Both the position numbers and the translations under genes were made by a program. From Alphaproteobacteria bacterium (GTDB taxonomy: Bacteria; Pseudomonadota; Alphaproteobacteria; UBA2136; UBA6156), in assembly GCA_049297695.1 (NCBI GenBank), contig JBAQUT010000022.1, positions 1-55,023 of the forward strand: a stretch of 55,023 nucleotides of DNA, written 5' to 3'. Positions 15,758-25,815 of the stretch are shown in pieces. The stretch's first letter is position 1; each line of letters starts with the position of its first letter. Below the pieces are notes generated by a model. That model searched no databases and was not told where the DNA came from. It saw nothing but the letters and a program-made list of their open reading frames with translations.

Positions 15758-16645
15758 ATGATCCAAAGCCATGAACAAGTTATTTTAGAAGCTTTAAAAA
15801 CTGCCTGCGAACAAGCGGAGCGTTTTGGTGCATATCCTGATGTTGTATTAAAAAAATCGCTTTTGAATTTAAAAAACTTGGAAGGTATGACAGGCTTGCG
15901 TCTTTATGAAGTAACAACGGCTTTGGCTGGCCTTGTGAGAAAAGACCGAGTTGTAGGTACCGACCGAGGCGAATATGGCCTTGTTAAAACTTTTGAATGG
16001 GTTGCGCGTTACAACGCCCATGAAGCGATTCGGTGTGCGATTGTTGAGCGAGGATGCTGTGCGACGGTGGATGAACTTGCGGCCGATTCGAACGTTGTAA
16101 AAGCTGGTTGGAATAAACAAGAGCTGTCCAGCTACGTAACATCGCAATTCCAGCCTATGGCATTTGTGCGTTTGGATGGGAACATGGAACAAGGATTCTA
16201 CCCAGTAAATTTTGAGAATTGGGATCGTGAAGAATTAGGCCCCAACCAACCCGATGAACGCATGTTTCATGAAATTCATGCTGCCGTGCGTTTTTCAGAA
16301 TGCGATGCAGGTTTTGATGCCCTCCGACTGATTCTTTTGCGAGATAGTTACCGTACAGACGGTATAAGCTCGAGAATAGCCTACAATGTGATGCGTCCAA
16401 CAGAGCAGGCAAGAGTTCGGAAAGAAATATTTGATGAAACAATTGCGTACATGATTAATACGGGTGTTATCAAATGGGCGGCCTACGAAATTTCACCGAA
16501 TCAAGGTTTAATATTGAGAGCTTTCCTTGGTGACGATTCTCGACCCAATCATCCCGTATTTATGTACGTTGCTAAAGATGGGAAGAAGCTGCCAGATATG
16601 GTGGCAGAGCGGAGAGCCAGCGACTCCAAAGGCATGGGTCGTTAA
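15758..16645 (+). CDS. Hypothetical multi-winged-helix-like protein, tandem paralog of 14989..15687
   Basis: 295 aa. AAAGGAG RBS. ...TVDELAAD...FVRLDGN... and ...PVFMYVAKDGKKLPDMVAERR align by eye with the preceding gene. Confidence 0.6.
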   Translation: MIQSHEQVILEALKTACEQAERFGAYPDVVLKKSLLNLKNLEGMTGLRLYEVTTALAGLVRKDRVVGTDRGEYGLVKTFEWVARYNAHEAIRCAIVERGCCATVDELAADSNVVKAGWNKQELSSYVTSQFQPMAFVRLDGNMEQGFYPVNFENWDREELGPNQPDERMFHEIHAAVRFSECDAGFDALRLILLRDSYRTDGISSRIAYNVMRPTEQARVRKEIFDETIAYMINTGVIKWAAYEISPNQGLILRAFLGDDSRPNHPVFMYVAKDGKKLPDMVAERRASDSKGMGR

Positions 16646-16696
16646 GCAGCGAAGTTCTCATATTCAACGTTTTGGAACATGTGCTATAACGGTGGC

Positions 16697-17977
16697 ATGA
16701 CCCAGCCCCTTGCCGCCCGCCTACGCCCGCGTACCTTGCAGCAGGTGGTGGGGCAGGAGCATATAACGGAAAACGAAGGGTTGTTGGCGCGATTGATTGC
16801 CGCGCAAACCCCGCAAAGTTTGATTTTATGGGGCCCCCCCGGTTGCGGCAAAACCACCTTGGCCCAGCTGTATGCCACGGCGTTTGGGGCGGATTTTGTG
16901 CAACTCTCCGCCGTGTTGGCGGGCGTGGCGGATGTGCGCAAGGTGGTGGAGCAAGCTCAAACGGTGGTGGGGTTGGGGCGCAAAACCGTGCTGTTTGTGG
17001 ATGAAATCCACCGCTTCAACAAAGCCCAGCAAGACGCCTTTTTGCCCCATGTGGAAAGCGGGCTTTTAACGCTGGTAGGGGCCACCACCGAGAACCCCAG
17101 TTTTGCGTTGAACAACGCGTTGCTCTCCCGTGCGCAGGTGTTGGTGCTGAACGCGTTGGATGCGGTGGCGTTGGAGAAAGTGTTAGCCCAAGCCGAAGCC
17201 GAAGTTGGCCCCTTGCCGCTGGATGTCGACGCCCGCCAAACCCTTCTCCATATGGCCCACGGTGATGCGCGGAGCTTGCTGAATATGGTGGAGACCATCG
17301 TGTCGTCATGGCGAGGGAGCGAAGCGGACGTGGCCATCTCACGCGAGGAGCTTATCAAACGGTTACCAACCAGCATGGCCAATTACGACAAAGGGGGCGA
17401 TTGGCACTACGACGTGATTTCCGCCCTTCACAAAAGCGTGCGGGGGAGCGACCCCGACGCCGCCTTGTACTACTTGGCCCGCATGCTGGAAGGGGGCGAG
17501 GATGGGATGTATCTGGCGCGACGGTTGATCCGCATGGCGGTGGAGGATATTGGCTTGGCCGACCCCCAAGCCCTGCCGTTGGCCGTGGCGGCACAAGATG
17601 CCTACCGCACCATGGGCAGCCCGGAAGGGGATTTGGCCTTGGCCGAAGTGGCGGTGTACTTGGCGTTGGCACCTAAAAGCATTGGAGTGTACGAGGGGTG
17701 GAACGCGGCCAAGGCTTTGGCCAAGGCCACGGCAGAGTTGGTGCCGCCCAAGCATATCATCAACGCCCCCACGAACATGATGAAAGAGTTGGGGCACGGG
17801 GAAGGCTACCAGTACGACCCCCACACGGCGGATGGGTTCAGCGGACAGAATTACTTCCCCACCGCCATGGCGGAACGCCCCAGCCTGTACAAGCCCGTGG
17901 AGCGGGGGTTTGAGCGGGAGATGGTGAAGCGCATGGAGTATTTTGCCAAACTGCGGGCAAAAAAGAGTAAAGCCTAG
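16697..17977 (+). CDS. rarA: Replication-associated recombination protein A (AAA+ ATPase)
   Basis: Walker A GPPGCGKTTLA, Walker B VLFVDEIHRFNK, MgsA C-terminal region (YDKGGDWHYDVISALHKSVRGSD). Confidence 0.93.
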   Translation: MTQPLAARLRPRTLQQVVGQEHITENEGLLARLIAAQTPQSLILWGPPGCGKTTLAQLYATAFGADFVQLSAVLAGVADVRKVVEQAQTVVGLGRKTVLFVDEIHRFNKAQQDAFLPHVESGLLTLVGATTENPSFALNNALLSRAQVLVLNALDAVALEKVLAQAEAEVGPLPLDVDARQTLLHMAHGDARSLLNMVETIVSSWRGSEADVAISREELIKRLPTSMANYDKGGDWHYDVISALHKSVRGSDPDAALYYLARMLEGGEDGMYLARRLIRMAVEDIGLADPQALPLAVAAQDAYRTMGSPEGDLALAEVAVYLALAPKSIGVYEGWNAAKALAKATAELVPPKHIINAPTNMMKELGHGEGYQYDPHTADGFSGQNYFPTAMAERPSLYKPVERGFEREMVKRMEYFAKLRAKKSKA

Positions 17978-18021
17978 GCAAGGGGGTTGTAAGGCTTAGG
18001 GGGAATCCCCATGCTTTGAGG

Positions 18022-18792
18022 ATGGGAATTGTGTTGCCGTTAACACCACCGACCCCGAAACCTCTTGATGCAGGGGCGGTTGCAGCAGGTGTGGCCGAAG
18101 TTGTGAAATTCCGCCGTAAGTGTGTTGCCCCTACCTTAAAAACATTCCCCGGACTTTACCAAACGCAAGCCCATATGGATGCGTGGTTTAGCCAACTTTA
18201 TCGCCAACTTCCTGCCGACGGCCGTCGGTACGTGGTTGGGTTCTCTCACGGTACGCTGGAAGCCCGTCGTATGGCGGCCCGTGGCGAGGCGGATGTTTTG
18301 ATTTTGATTGCCCCGCCGATGGGGGGGTACGTGAGTTACTGCTCGTGGCTTGGCAATGCCATTGCTTCAACCATGTTAGACCCGTTGAGCAACATAGACC
18401 CCACCGCCCGTGTTGATGCCATGTTAAGCCGTAATCATGGTGACAAGATGAATGAGTTTGGTATGGGAATGCGCCCGCATATGATTCGGGCCTTAGGGCA
18501 CGATATGATGCGCAACTACGCCGAAGGCCGTGAAAAAGGAGTTGAATGTTTCAATTTTAAAAGTTGGGAATACCACCAAGAAATCAAAGTACCAACGCTT
18601 GTTGTGGCAAGTGTGAACGATCGGCTTGTTCCACTGGAAGAACCCATGCAAGTTATACGGCAAATATCCACAGCCGAGCCAATGCTGGTTGAAGGTAACC
18701 ATTTGGCGGTGTTTGAGGCTCCTCATCATATAGGCAAAATAGCCGACCATTTTAAAGTTATTTTTGGTGAGCACCTTATTGAGCGCCATTAA
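18022..18792 (+). CDS. Alpha/beta hydrolase fold protein
   Basis: Nucleophile elbow GFSHG, candidate Asp (SVNDRLVP) and His (EGNHLAVFE). An alternative TTG start lies at 18016. Confidence 0.65.
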   Translation: MGIVLPLTPPTPKPLDAGAVAAGVAEVVKFRRKCVAPTLKTFPGLYQTQAHMDAWFSQLYRQLPADGRRYVVGFSHGTLEARRMAARGEADVLILIAPPMGGYVSYCSWLGNAIASTMLDPLSNIDPTARVDAMLSRNHGDKMNEFGMGMRPHMIRALGHDMMRNYAEGREKGVECFNFKSWEYHQEIKVPTLVVASVNDRLVPLEEPMQVIRQISTAEPMLVEGNHLAVFEAPHHIGKIADHFKVIFGEHLIERH

Positions 18793-18838
18793 CCCGATAG
18801 GTTAGACCTTCCATTCCACCTGTGTTACCTTACCTCCC

Positions 18839-19699
18839 ATGAAACCCTACCTGCACCACGCCCCGCACCCTACGGCACCTGTGGTGGTGATATTGCCGGG
18901 GGTGAACAGCGGGCCGTATTTGTTTGAAGGCGCGGTGGCGGCGCTGGGGGATACCCACCGCTTGATTATCGCCAACCCGCCCGGCTGTGGCGGCACGCCC
19001 ATGCCCATGCCGCTGACGGCCGAAACTTACGCCCGCACGGTGCTGGCGTTGCTGGATGACATGCAGGTGGAGGGTTCCTTCAGCCTTCTCGGCCACAGTT
19101 TGGGCAGTTTTGCGGCGCAAGAGCTGGCCCGTGTGGCGCCAGAACGGGTGGAACGGTTGATACTGGCCAGCACTAGCATCGGCCAGCCCTACATGGCGCG
19201 GGATACGTTGGCCATACGCGGGGTAACGGGCATGAGTTTTTGGGATTTATCCCGCGCTATCGCCAAAGACCCTGCAACCCATATGAAGCATTTTTTCGGC
19301 CCTGCGTTCCCTGTGCAAAACGCGCAGGCGTATCTGGATTTTATCGCCAAACGCCAAGCCAACCTGGCCCCCAAGCAGGTGACTGTGGCGCAGTTTGCAG
19401 CGGGCGGGGCGTTCAGCAGTTACCGTTGGGCGCATAACCTAACGCCGCCCACGTTGGTGGTACAGGGCGGGGCGGATATCCTCACCCCTGCCTCCAGCGC
19501 CCGCAAATTGGCGCAATTTATACCCAACGCCCGTTACCTTGAGTTTTACGGGGTAGGGCACTTCCCCATGCTGGAGCACGAAGGGTTTTACCCCAGTATC
19601 AAACGCTTTTTGCTGGGCCATGCGGAAGGCGAGGTGCTGGACGACCATGTGGGTGTGTGGGAAAAACTCCAGCGCAGTTGGTTGCGGTTGCATGGATAG
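18839..19699 (+). CDS. Alpha/beta hydrolase
   Basis: GHSLGS elbow, GGADILTP and GVGHFPMLE motifs in canonical order. Confidence 0.8.
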   Translation: MKPYLHHAPHPTAPVVVILPGVNSGPYLFEGAVAALGDTHRLIIANPPGCGGTPMPMPLTAETYARTVLALLDDMQVEGSFSLLGHSLGSFAAQELARVAPERVERLILASTSIGQPYMARDTLAIRGVTGMSFWDLSRAIAKDPATHMKHFFGPAFPVQNAQAYLDFIAKRQANLAPKQVTVAQFAAGGAFSSYRWAHNLTPPTLVVQGGADILTPASSARKLAQFIPNARYLEFYGVGHFPMLEHEGFYPSIKRFLLGHAEGEVLDDHVGVWEKLQRSWLRLHG

Positions 19700-19716
19700 T
19701 GTTTTTAGTATACATA
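19688..19716 (+). promoter_or_regulatory. Putative promoter with a GTATAC box spanning the hydrolase stop codon
   Basis: TTGCAT (19688-19693), 17-nt spacer, TACATA (19711-19716). GTATAC at 19708-19713. The upstream stop TAG is at 19697-19699. Confidence 0.35.
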
Positions 19717-19739
19717 TATAGATAAGTAGGAGAATGAAG

Positions 19740-20297
19740 ATGACCCAACCTTTACCTAAACCCGAACCCAAGTTGGCCGAGATTGACCGCGAGAAGGCGG
19801 AAAACGTGTTCCGTAACATGATGCGGGAAATTCAACGGCACCCCGAATCGGCCATCCAAAAAAATATTGATTTGATGGTGATTGCAGGGATGTTGGGGTT
19901 TGGAAAAAAATTGCCAGAATTATCTGAATTTGTAGCTGGACAGTCGGGGCGAAAAAGCAAAACCTTTTATAATCAATTTACTGCTTATGCGAATGATGAG
20001 GATTATCGGCAAGCAGGTTTGAGAACTCCTACTCGGAATAATGAAATGGCAACGGTTAGCTGGGCGAGAGTGCAGGCAGCCTTGTTGGCGGGTTATCAAG
20101 ATGGAATGAAGATGGGGCAATTGTGTGAACGGGTTGCCCAACAACTTCTTTATGCAAACGGTGATTTCATACAATTTTTGTTGAGCAAGTGTGATCGTGG
20201 TGGCTTATGGCGTAAATCAGTGGGGTTGCCTTATCATGAAGGAAAGGGGATTTCTTCTATGAATCAAGCGACCGAGAATGATGTTGGGCGCGAATGA
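19740..20297 (+). CDS. Hypothetical protein (AT-richer ORFan)
   Basis: TAGGAG RBS 7 nt upstream of the ATG at 19740 (the ATG at 19734 is too close to it). The 3' end overlaps the next gene's start as ATGA. Confidence 0.55.
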   Translation: MTQPLPKPEPKLAEIDREKAENVFRNMMREIQRHPESAIQKNIDLMVIAGMLGFGKKLPELSEFVAGQSGRKSKTFYNQFTAYANDEDYRQAGLRTPTRNNEMATVSWARVQAALLAGYQDGMKMGQLCERVAQQLLYANGDFIQFLLSKCDRGGLWRKSVGLPYHEGKGISSMNQATENDVGRE

Positions 20298-21217
20298 AGT
20301 TGGTTATCCCCCCCATTGCCGATGGCCAGCGGTTGGACCGGTGGCTGAAAAAGGCGTTGCCGGAAGTGCCCTATGTGGCGGTGCAAAAGATGCTGCGCAC
20401 GGGGGATATCCGGGTGGATGGCAAACGGGCCAAGGGGGATGCGCGGTTGGTGGCGGGGCAGGTGGTAGAGGTGGGAGGTTCAAGGAACAAGGGGCAAGGG
20501 GCAAGGGAAAACGGGGCGAGCGTTTACCAGATAACCAACGCCGACAAAGCCATGTTGAACCAGGCTGTGGTGTATGAGGATGACGCGGTGTTGGTGTTGA
20601 ATAAACCTGCCGGGTTGGCTGCCCAAGCGGGGAGCGGGGTAAGCCGGAGTTTGGACAGGCTGGTGGCCGCGATGTGGCCCAAAAACCCGCCCAAGCTGAC
20701 GCACCGATTGGATAAAGACACCACGGGGTTGATTGTGTTGGCCAAAACCCGTGCCGCGGCCCAAGCCGTAACGGCCGCTTTTGCGGGGCGGGACGTGCGG
20801 AAAACGTATCGGGTGTTAGTGGTGGGGAAGGTGCCAACCCCCACGGGCGTGGTGGATGCCGCTATTGCCAAAATCGCCCACAGTTACGGCAGCCATGCCG
20901 TGGTGGATGACCTGATGGGTGATGAGGCGCGAACCGAGTGGCGCGTGATAGCCGACCGCGGCCCCTACACTTTGCTGCACGCCATGCCCTACACGGGGCG
21001 GATGAACCAGATCCGCGTGCACATGGCCCATGTGGGGTGTCCGCTGGTGGGAGACCGAAAATATGGCGGCGAGGCGGCCGAACACGCGGCGGCGGCGTTG
21101 GGCTACCCCAAAACGTTATATTTGCATGCCGAGCGGTTGGTGTTGCCTCACCCTGTTACGGGCCAAGTGTTGGAGTTATCGGCACCCTTACCACCCCACT
21201 TTGCAGCCTTGACCTAA
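20294..21217 (+). CDS. RluA-family 23S rRNA pseudouridine synthase (RluC/RluD-like) with an S4 domain
   Basis: N-terminal S4-like RLDRWLKK...GDIRVDG and catalytic HRLDKDTTGLIVLAKT motif. Confidence 0.9.
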   Translation: MKLVIPPIADGQRLDRWLKKALPEVPYVAVQKMLRTGDIRVDGKRAKGDARLVAGQVVEVGGSRNKGQGARENGASVYQITNADKAMLNQAVVYEDDAVLVLNKPAGLAAQAGSGVSRSLDRLVAAMWPKNPPKLTHRLDKDTTGLIVLAKTRAAAQAVTAAFAGRDVRKTYRVLVVGKVPTPTGVVDAAIAKIAHSYGSHAVVDDLMGDEARTEWRVIADRGPYTLLHAMPYTGRMNQIRVHMAHVGCPLVGDRKYGGEAAEHAAAALGYPKTLYLHAERLVLPHPVTGQVLELSAPLPPHFAALT

Positions 21218-21256
21218 CCCTGACAAACTGACACGTTAAGGGTAACAACAAGGAGC

Positions 21257-24079
21257 TTGGCTATGGGCATCAGGAAAATCATTGGTTACAGCGTGGTGGG
21301 TGTGGTGGGTTTAACCGCTGTGGCGGCGGGCGGGGCGTTTGTGTACCTGCAAAATGCCGATTTGGCCCCGTTTGCCGTAAGCCTGATTGAAAAACAAACG
21401 GGCTTGGCCGTCAAAGCCGAAGGGCCGCTGACGCTGAAGTTGTTGCCCCAGTTGGAGCTTCATGCCGCCAAGCTGACCGTACCCGCCTACCGTGGCGACA
21501 AACCCTTACTGACCGTGGACAACGCCGATGTGACCGTGGCGTGGGGCAGCGGCCTGACGTTTTGGAAAGGCATGACCCTGACAGCCTTAAACCTGACCAA
21601 CCCCGTGGTGGTGTTGGACAAGCCGAAAGATGGCCCCGCCAACTGGCAAAGTGCCGAAAGTTACGTGGCGCAGGTGGAAACGAAGGGGGATGAAACAGCC
21701 TCCGGTATGGACGCCGGCAAGCTCCCCTTGGCGAGCTTTGGAGTTGTGGATGTAAGCAATTTGAACCTCACTTACACGGATGCCAGCACGGGGCGGAAGG
21801 TGGTGGCGGAGGGTATCAACTTGAAAGCCGACGGCACCGACGTGGGTGATGCTAAGCTGGACATGGGCGGGCAAGTGAACGGCCAACCCGTAAGCTTGGC
21901 AGGGGCGTTTAATTTTACGGATTTGAAGCGCGTGCCCGTAACCGCCAACCTTGCCGCCGGAACCCTGAAAATGGCGGTGGATGGCGAAGTGCGCGAGCAA
22001 AGCGCCTATGCGGGGGCCGTGAACATTCAAAGCCCCAACCTGCAAGACAGTTTGGCCAAGCTGTTGGGCAAAGCGCCCGCCCAAGCACCCGCCGAAGCGT
22101 TTAGCCTTACGGGCGATGTGGACGCGGGCGGCAGCAACGTGAAGCTAAAAAACTTCAACACCAAACTGGGCAACCTGCTGCGCGCCACGGGGGATGTGGA
22201 TGTGGCCATGGGCGATACCCCCAGCGCCAACGGCAGCTTTATGGCGGAAGGGAACAACTTGCGCCAACTGGTAGCCCTTGCCACGGGCAAAACCAATACC
22301 AGTTTGCCTGCCAAACCGTTCAAGATTTCCACCAAGTTGGCGGGGCAGGAGAGCATCAAGCTTTCGGGCTTGAATGCCGAGATTCAAGGCGTGGTGGCGG
22401 TGGCGGGAGATGTAACCTTGGTACCTGCCAAAACCGCGGGAGGCTTGCCCAAGGTGGATGGCCAACTGCGCGCCCGCAGCGCTAGCCTGAAAGGTTTGGC
22501 GGAAGGATTTGGTAGCAATGCCAACCTGCCCAACCAACCTTTGGATATCAGCCTGAACATAGCGGGCCAAGGCACGTACAAATTAACGGATGTAACCGCC
22601 CAATTGGGCACGTTGGCCACGTTGACAGGGAACATGGATATCACCCCCCAACCTACCTTGAAACTAGCAGGGAGCTTTGCCGTGAAAGGGGCCAACCTTG
22701 CCGCCACGGCCAAGGCGTTTGGCAGCACGGCGGCGTTGCCCGCCAGCGCCTACACCGCCAGCATGACGCTGGGGGGCGATAAGCGGATTGAGGTGAGCGA
22801 CCTGACCATCAGCTTGCCCCAACTTCTGGAAGCCACAGGACACATGAACTTAAACCCTGCCGCGCCGTACAACGCGCAGGGGGAAATCACCTTCAACCGT
22901 TTGAACCTGAACGCGCTGGGCTATTGCCAACCTGCCAGCAGCGGTGGCACCCAAACCGTGAATGCGGATGCCAAACCCGTGGCCGCCAGCGGGGCGGCAC
23001 CGTGGAGCGACAAACCGTTGCCGTTGGACGGTTTGAACAGCGTGGCGTTAGATATGGGCATCCAGGTGAAGGCGTTGGATTGCGCGAGCTTCCCCGCCCA
23101 AAACTTGAGTGTGAACGTGGCCAACACCGCCAGCAAATTGACGGTGAGCGACTTAAACATTTCCATGGCGGATGGTGGTAGCATGGTGGGCGGCCTTACG
23201 TTGGGCCATGGTGGCAATGCCACGTTGGAGGCCAACCTGACGCTGGCCAACATTTTGTTACATAAGCTTGTGCGCACGTTGGAAGACAAAGGGGTGGAGT
23301 TACCCATCCACGGCACCGCCAAGCTAACCAGCAAAGGCAGTACCACGCGACAACTGGCCCAAAATTTGGCGGGGAAACTGGACTTTAAAGCCGATGACGG
23401 GCGCGTGCCGTATGTGAAGATGCTGGGGAATATCAGCGCCATCAGTAGCCTTCTGCAAGGCCAGATACCCACCCAAGGGAGCGACCATTTGCGCAGCATG
23501 GTGGCGCAGTATACGGTAGCTGGCGGGGTTATGAGTACGGATAAACTCAGCATGGAGACGGATGGCTTGACCTTGAACGGCACAGGCACTGTGAACCTGC
23601 CCGCGTGGACGATTGATTACACGTTAACGCCCGAGGTGAGTGTGGGCGATAAGGTGAGCATCCCCGTGCTGGTGCAAGGGAGCTTGGGCGCCCCCAGCAT
23701 TGGGCCAGATAAAAACTTTGTGAGCAAGTTGGCCGCCCGTTTGGCCACCGAAGGCCTGAAAGGTGCCTTGGGTTTGGATAAAGCCGATGCCAAAGGTTTG
23801 GGTGGTGTGGTGGGCGATGTGCTGGGTGGCAAGGGCCTGCAAGGCGAAGGGGTTCAAAACCTGTTGAACAACGTGCTGAAGCCCAAAACCCAGCAGCCTG
23901 TGCCCGTAACTCCAGCGGCGGAAACCCCTACGGTGGAAAGCCCTGCAACAGAACCTGCGGCGATTGAGCAACCAGCAGCAGCGGCTGAACCTATGCCGCA
24001 ATCTGAACCCGCAAAACCCGAAGACGTGCTGAAAGGCGCCGCTGAAGACGCCCTGAAGAACATGCTGCAAGGCTTGTAA
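21257..24079 (+). CDS. asmA: AsmA-family outer-membrane biogenesis protein
   Basis: 940 aa. Single N-terminal TM helix, long beta-rich body, AsmA-like C-terminal region, Pro/Ala/Glu-rich tail. The start may be the ATG at 21263. Confidence 0.8.
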   Translation: MAMGIRKIIGYSVVGVVGLTAVAAGGAFVYLQNADLAPFAVSLIEKQTGLAVKAEGPLTLKLLPQLELHAAKLTVPAYRGDKPLLTVDNADVTVAWGSGLTFWKGMTLTALNLTNPVVVLDKPKDGPANWQSAESYVAQVETKGDETASGMDAGKLPLASFGVVDVSNLNLTYTDASTGRKVVAEGINLKADGTDVGDAKLDMGGQVNGQPVSLAGAFNFTDLKRVPVTANLAAGTLKMAVDGEVREQSAYAGAVNIQSPNLQDSLAKLLGKAPAQAPAEAFSLTGDVDAGGSNVKLKNFNTKLGNLLRATGDVDVAMGDTPSANGSFMAEGNNLRQLVALATGKTNTSLPAKPFKISTKLAGQESIKLSGLNAEIQGVVAVAGDVTLVPAKTAGGLPKVDGQLRARSASLKGLAEGFGSNANLPNQPLDISLNIAGQGTYKLTDVTAQLGTLATLTGNMDITPQPTLKLAGSFAVKGANLAATAKAFGSTAALPASAYTASMTLGGDKRIEVSDLTISLPQLLEATGHMNLNPAAPYNAQGEITFNRLNLNALGYCQPASSGGTQTVNADAKPVAASGAAPWSDKPLPLDGLNSVALDMGIQVKALDCASFPAQNLSVNVANTASKLTVSDLNISMADGGSMVGGLTLGHGGNATLEANLTLANILLHKLVRTLEDKGVELPIHGTAKLTSKGSTTRQLAQNLAGKLDFKADDGRVPYVKMLGNISAISSLLQGQIPTQGSDHLRSMVAQYTVAGGVMSTDKLSMETDGLTLNGTGTVNLPAWTIDYTLTPEVSVGDKVSIPVLVQGSLGAPSIGPDKNFVSKLAARLATEGLKGALGLDKADAKGLGGVVGDVLGGKGLQGEGVQNLLNNVLKPKTQQPVPVTPAAETPTVESPATEPAAIEQPAAAAEPMPQSEPAKPEDVLKGAAEDALKNMLQGL

Positions 24080-24108
24080 ACAAGGTCTATTGCCGCTATA
24101 ACCACGGC

Positions 24109-25219
24109 ATGATACCCGAGCACAAAGCCAGTATTGCCCGTATTGAGGAGGCGTTAAGCCTCCTCGGGAGGTCGCTTTGACATTGATGTTTCGCGCCAGA
24201 AACTTTTGGATTTAATCCAGCAAACCGAAGACCCCGACCTTTGGAACAAGCCCGATGCGGCCAAAAAAGTGATGCAAGACAAGCGGCGTTTGGAAGTGAA
24301 TATCGGCCGTTTTGATGCCGTGAAGCGGCGGCTGGACGATGCCGTGGTGCTGATTGGCTTGGGCGATGAAATGGGGGATGCGGGAAGCATCAAAGAAGCG
24401 GAGGCCGAATTGGCAGAGCTGGTGAAGGAAGCCGACAAGCTGGAAACCCAATGTTTGCTGGGCGGCGAGATGGATGGCAGCAACGCGTATTTGGAAATCC
24501 ACGCGGGTGCGGGGGGAACCGAGAGTTGCGATTGGGCGGGTATCCTGCTCCGCATGTACACCCGCTGGGCCGAGCGGGAAGGGTTTAAGGTGGATGTGGT
24601 GGAGTATTCCGACGGGGATGCCGCAGGGATAAAAAGCGCCACACTGCACATTCAGGGCGATTTTGCCTATGGCATGGCCAAAACCGAAGGCGGCGTGCAC
24701 CGCTTGGTGCGGATAAGCCCCTTTGATAGCAACGCCCGCCGCCACACCAGCTTTAGCAGCGTGTTTGTGTACCCCGAGGTGACGGACGATATTGAAATTA
24801 CCATCAACCCCGCCGATTTGCGGGTGGATACCTACCGCGCCCAAGGGGCGGGCGGCCAGCACGTGAACAAAACGGAAAGTGCGGTGCGGATTACCCACTT
24901 GCCCACCAACACCGTGGTGGCCAGCCAGCAGGATAAAAGCCAGATACGCAACCGCGACATTTGCATGCGCATGTTGAAGGCCCGCCTGTACGAGCAGGAG
25001 GTGCAACGCCGCGAAGTCGAGGCCAACAAGTTTGCCGCCAACAAAACCGAAATCGGCTGGGGCCACCAAATACGCAGCTACGTGCTGCAACCCTACCAAA
25101 TGGTGAAAGACTTGCGGACGGACGTGGAAACCAGCAACACTACCGCCGTGCTGGATGGTGATTTGGAGGCGTTTATCAAAGCCGCGTTGGCGCAGCGGGT
25201 GGGGAATGTGCGGAGTTAA
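24109..25219 (+). CDS. prfB: Peptide chain release factor 2, translated with a programmed +1 frameshift at 24175-24181
   Basis: Frame 0 reads ATG 24109 ... CTT TGA (24175-24180). The +1 frame continues as DIDVSRQKLLDLIQQ... into the 24206..25219 ORF. SPF and GGQ (RAQGAGGQHVNKTESAVR) motifs present. Confidence 0.93.
24166..24181 (+). other. prfB recoding site: SD-like GGGAGG, 3-nt spacer, slippery CTT TGA C
   Basis: GGGAGGTCGCTTTGAC read directly. It matches the classical RF2 autoregulatory frameshift cassette. Confidence 0.9.
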
Positions 25220-25246
25220 CGGAATATCCGCCTAACCAACAGGCGG

Positions 25247-25272
25247 AACCGTGGGATAACGGCACGGTTTTT
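25247..25272 (+). terminator. Putative terminator after prfB
   Basis: AACCGTG (25247-25253), 9-nt loop, CACGGTT (25263-25269), running into TTTTT. Confidence 0.55.
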
Positions 25273-25289
25273 GCTAGAGTGTATCTTGT

Positions 25290-25814
25290 ATGATGAAATG
25301 GTATTCCTTTGTTTTGCTTTTAGTTTTTCTGCTGGTGCAGGGCGTTGTGGCGCAAACGTTGGGCCTTATTTCCAACATTCGGTTTCCTACCATAGAGTTC
25401 GCCATGAACCCGTTGGCAGGGCAAATCCGTATGGGCACCAATGGCGCCATGACATACCCCACGGGCGCCAGCGGGGCAAGTACGGGCATTCCGGGGCAGG
25501 TTCAAATTACGGGTACGGTGGGTAGCGCGGTCAGTATCCGTTGCCGCCGGAGTGCTACCTTGTTAGGGCCTTCAGGTGCTACTCTTGCTATTAACCCTGC
25601 GGCTGTCAGCATTGGTACGGGCCAAACATATTCAGCCGCGCCCAAATGCAACGGGTTAACAACCACGGTTATTACCCACACGTTAACATCCAATGCATCC
25701 CAAAATATTTTATATCTGGCAGGGCAACTTCAAAGCAACGGCGTCACCCTGGTGAATGGTTCCTATTCCATCTCCACAGGCAACAAGATAACGGTACGAG
25801 TGGTATACATTTAA
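25290..25814 (+). CDS. Secreted beta-rich putative fimbrial subunit (DUF4402-like by composition and ending)
   Basis: Signal peptide MMKWYSFVLLLVFLLVQGVVAQ. Gly/Thr/Ser/Ala-rich. Ends ...ITVRVVYI, like the pilin-like gene at 30596. Followed directly by the usher-like gene. Confidence 0.55.
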   Translation: MMKWYSFVLLLVFLLVQGVVAQTLGLISNIRFPTIEFAMNPLAGQIRMGTNGAMTYPTGASGASTGIPGQVQITGTVGSAVSIRCRRSATLLGPSGATLAINPAAVSIGTGQTYSAAPKCNGLTTTVITHTLTSNASQNILYLAGQLQSNGVTLVNGSYSISTGNKITVRVVYI

Positions 25815-25815
25815 A

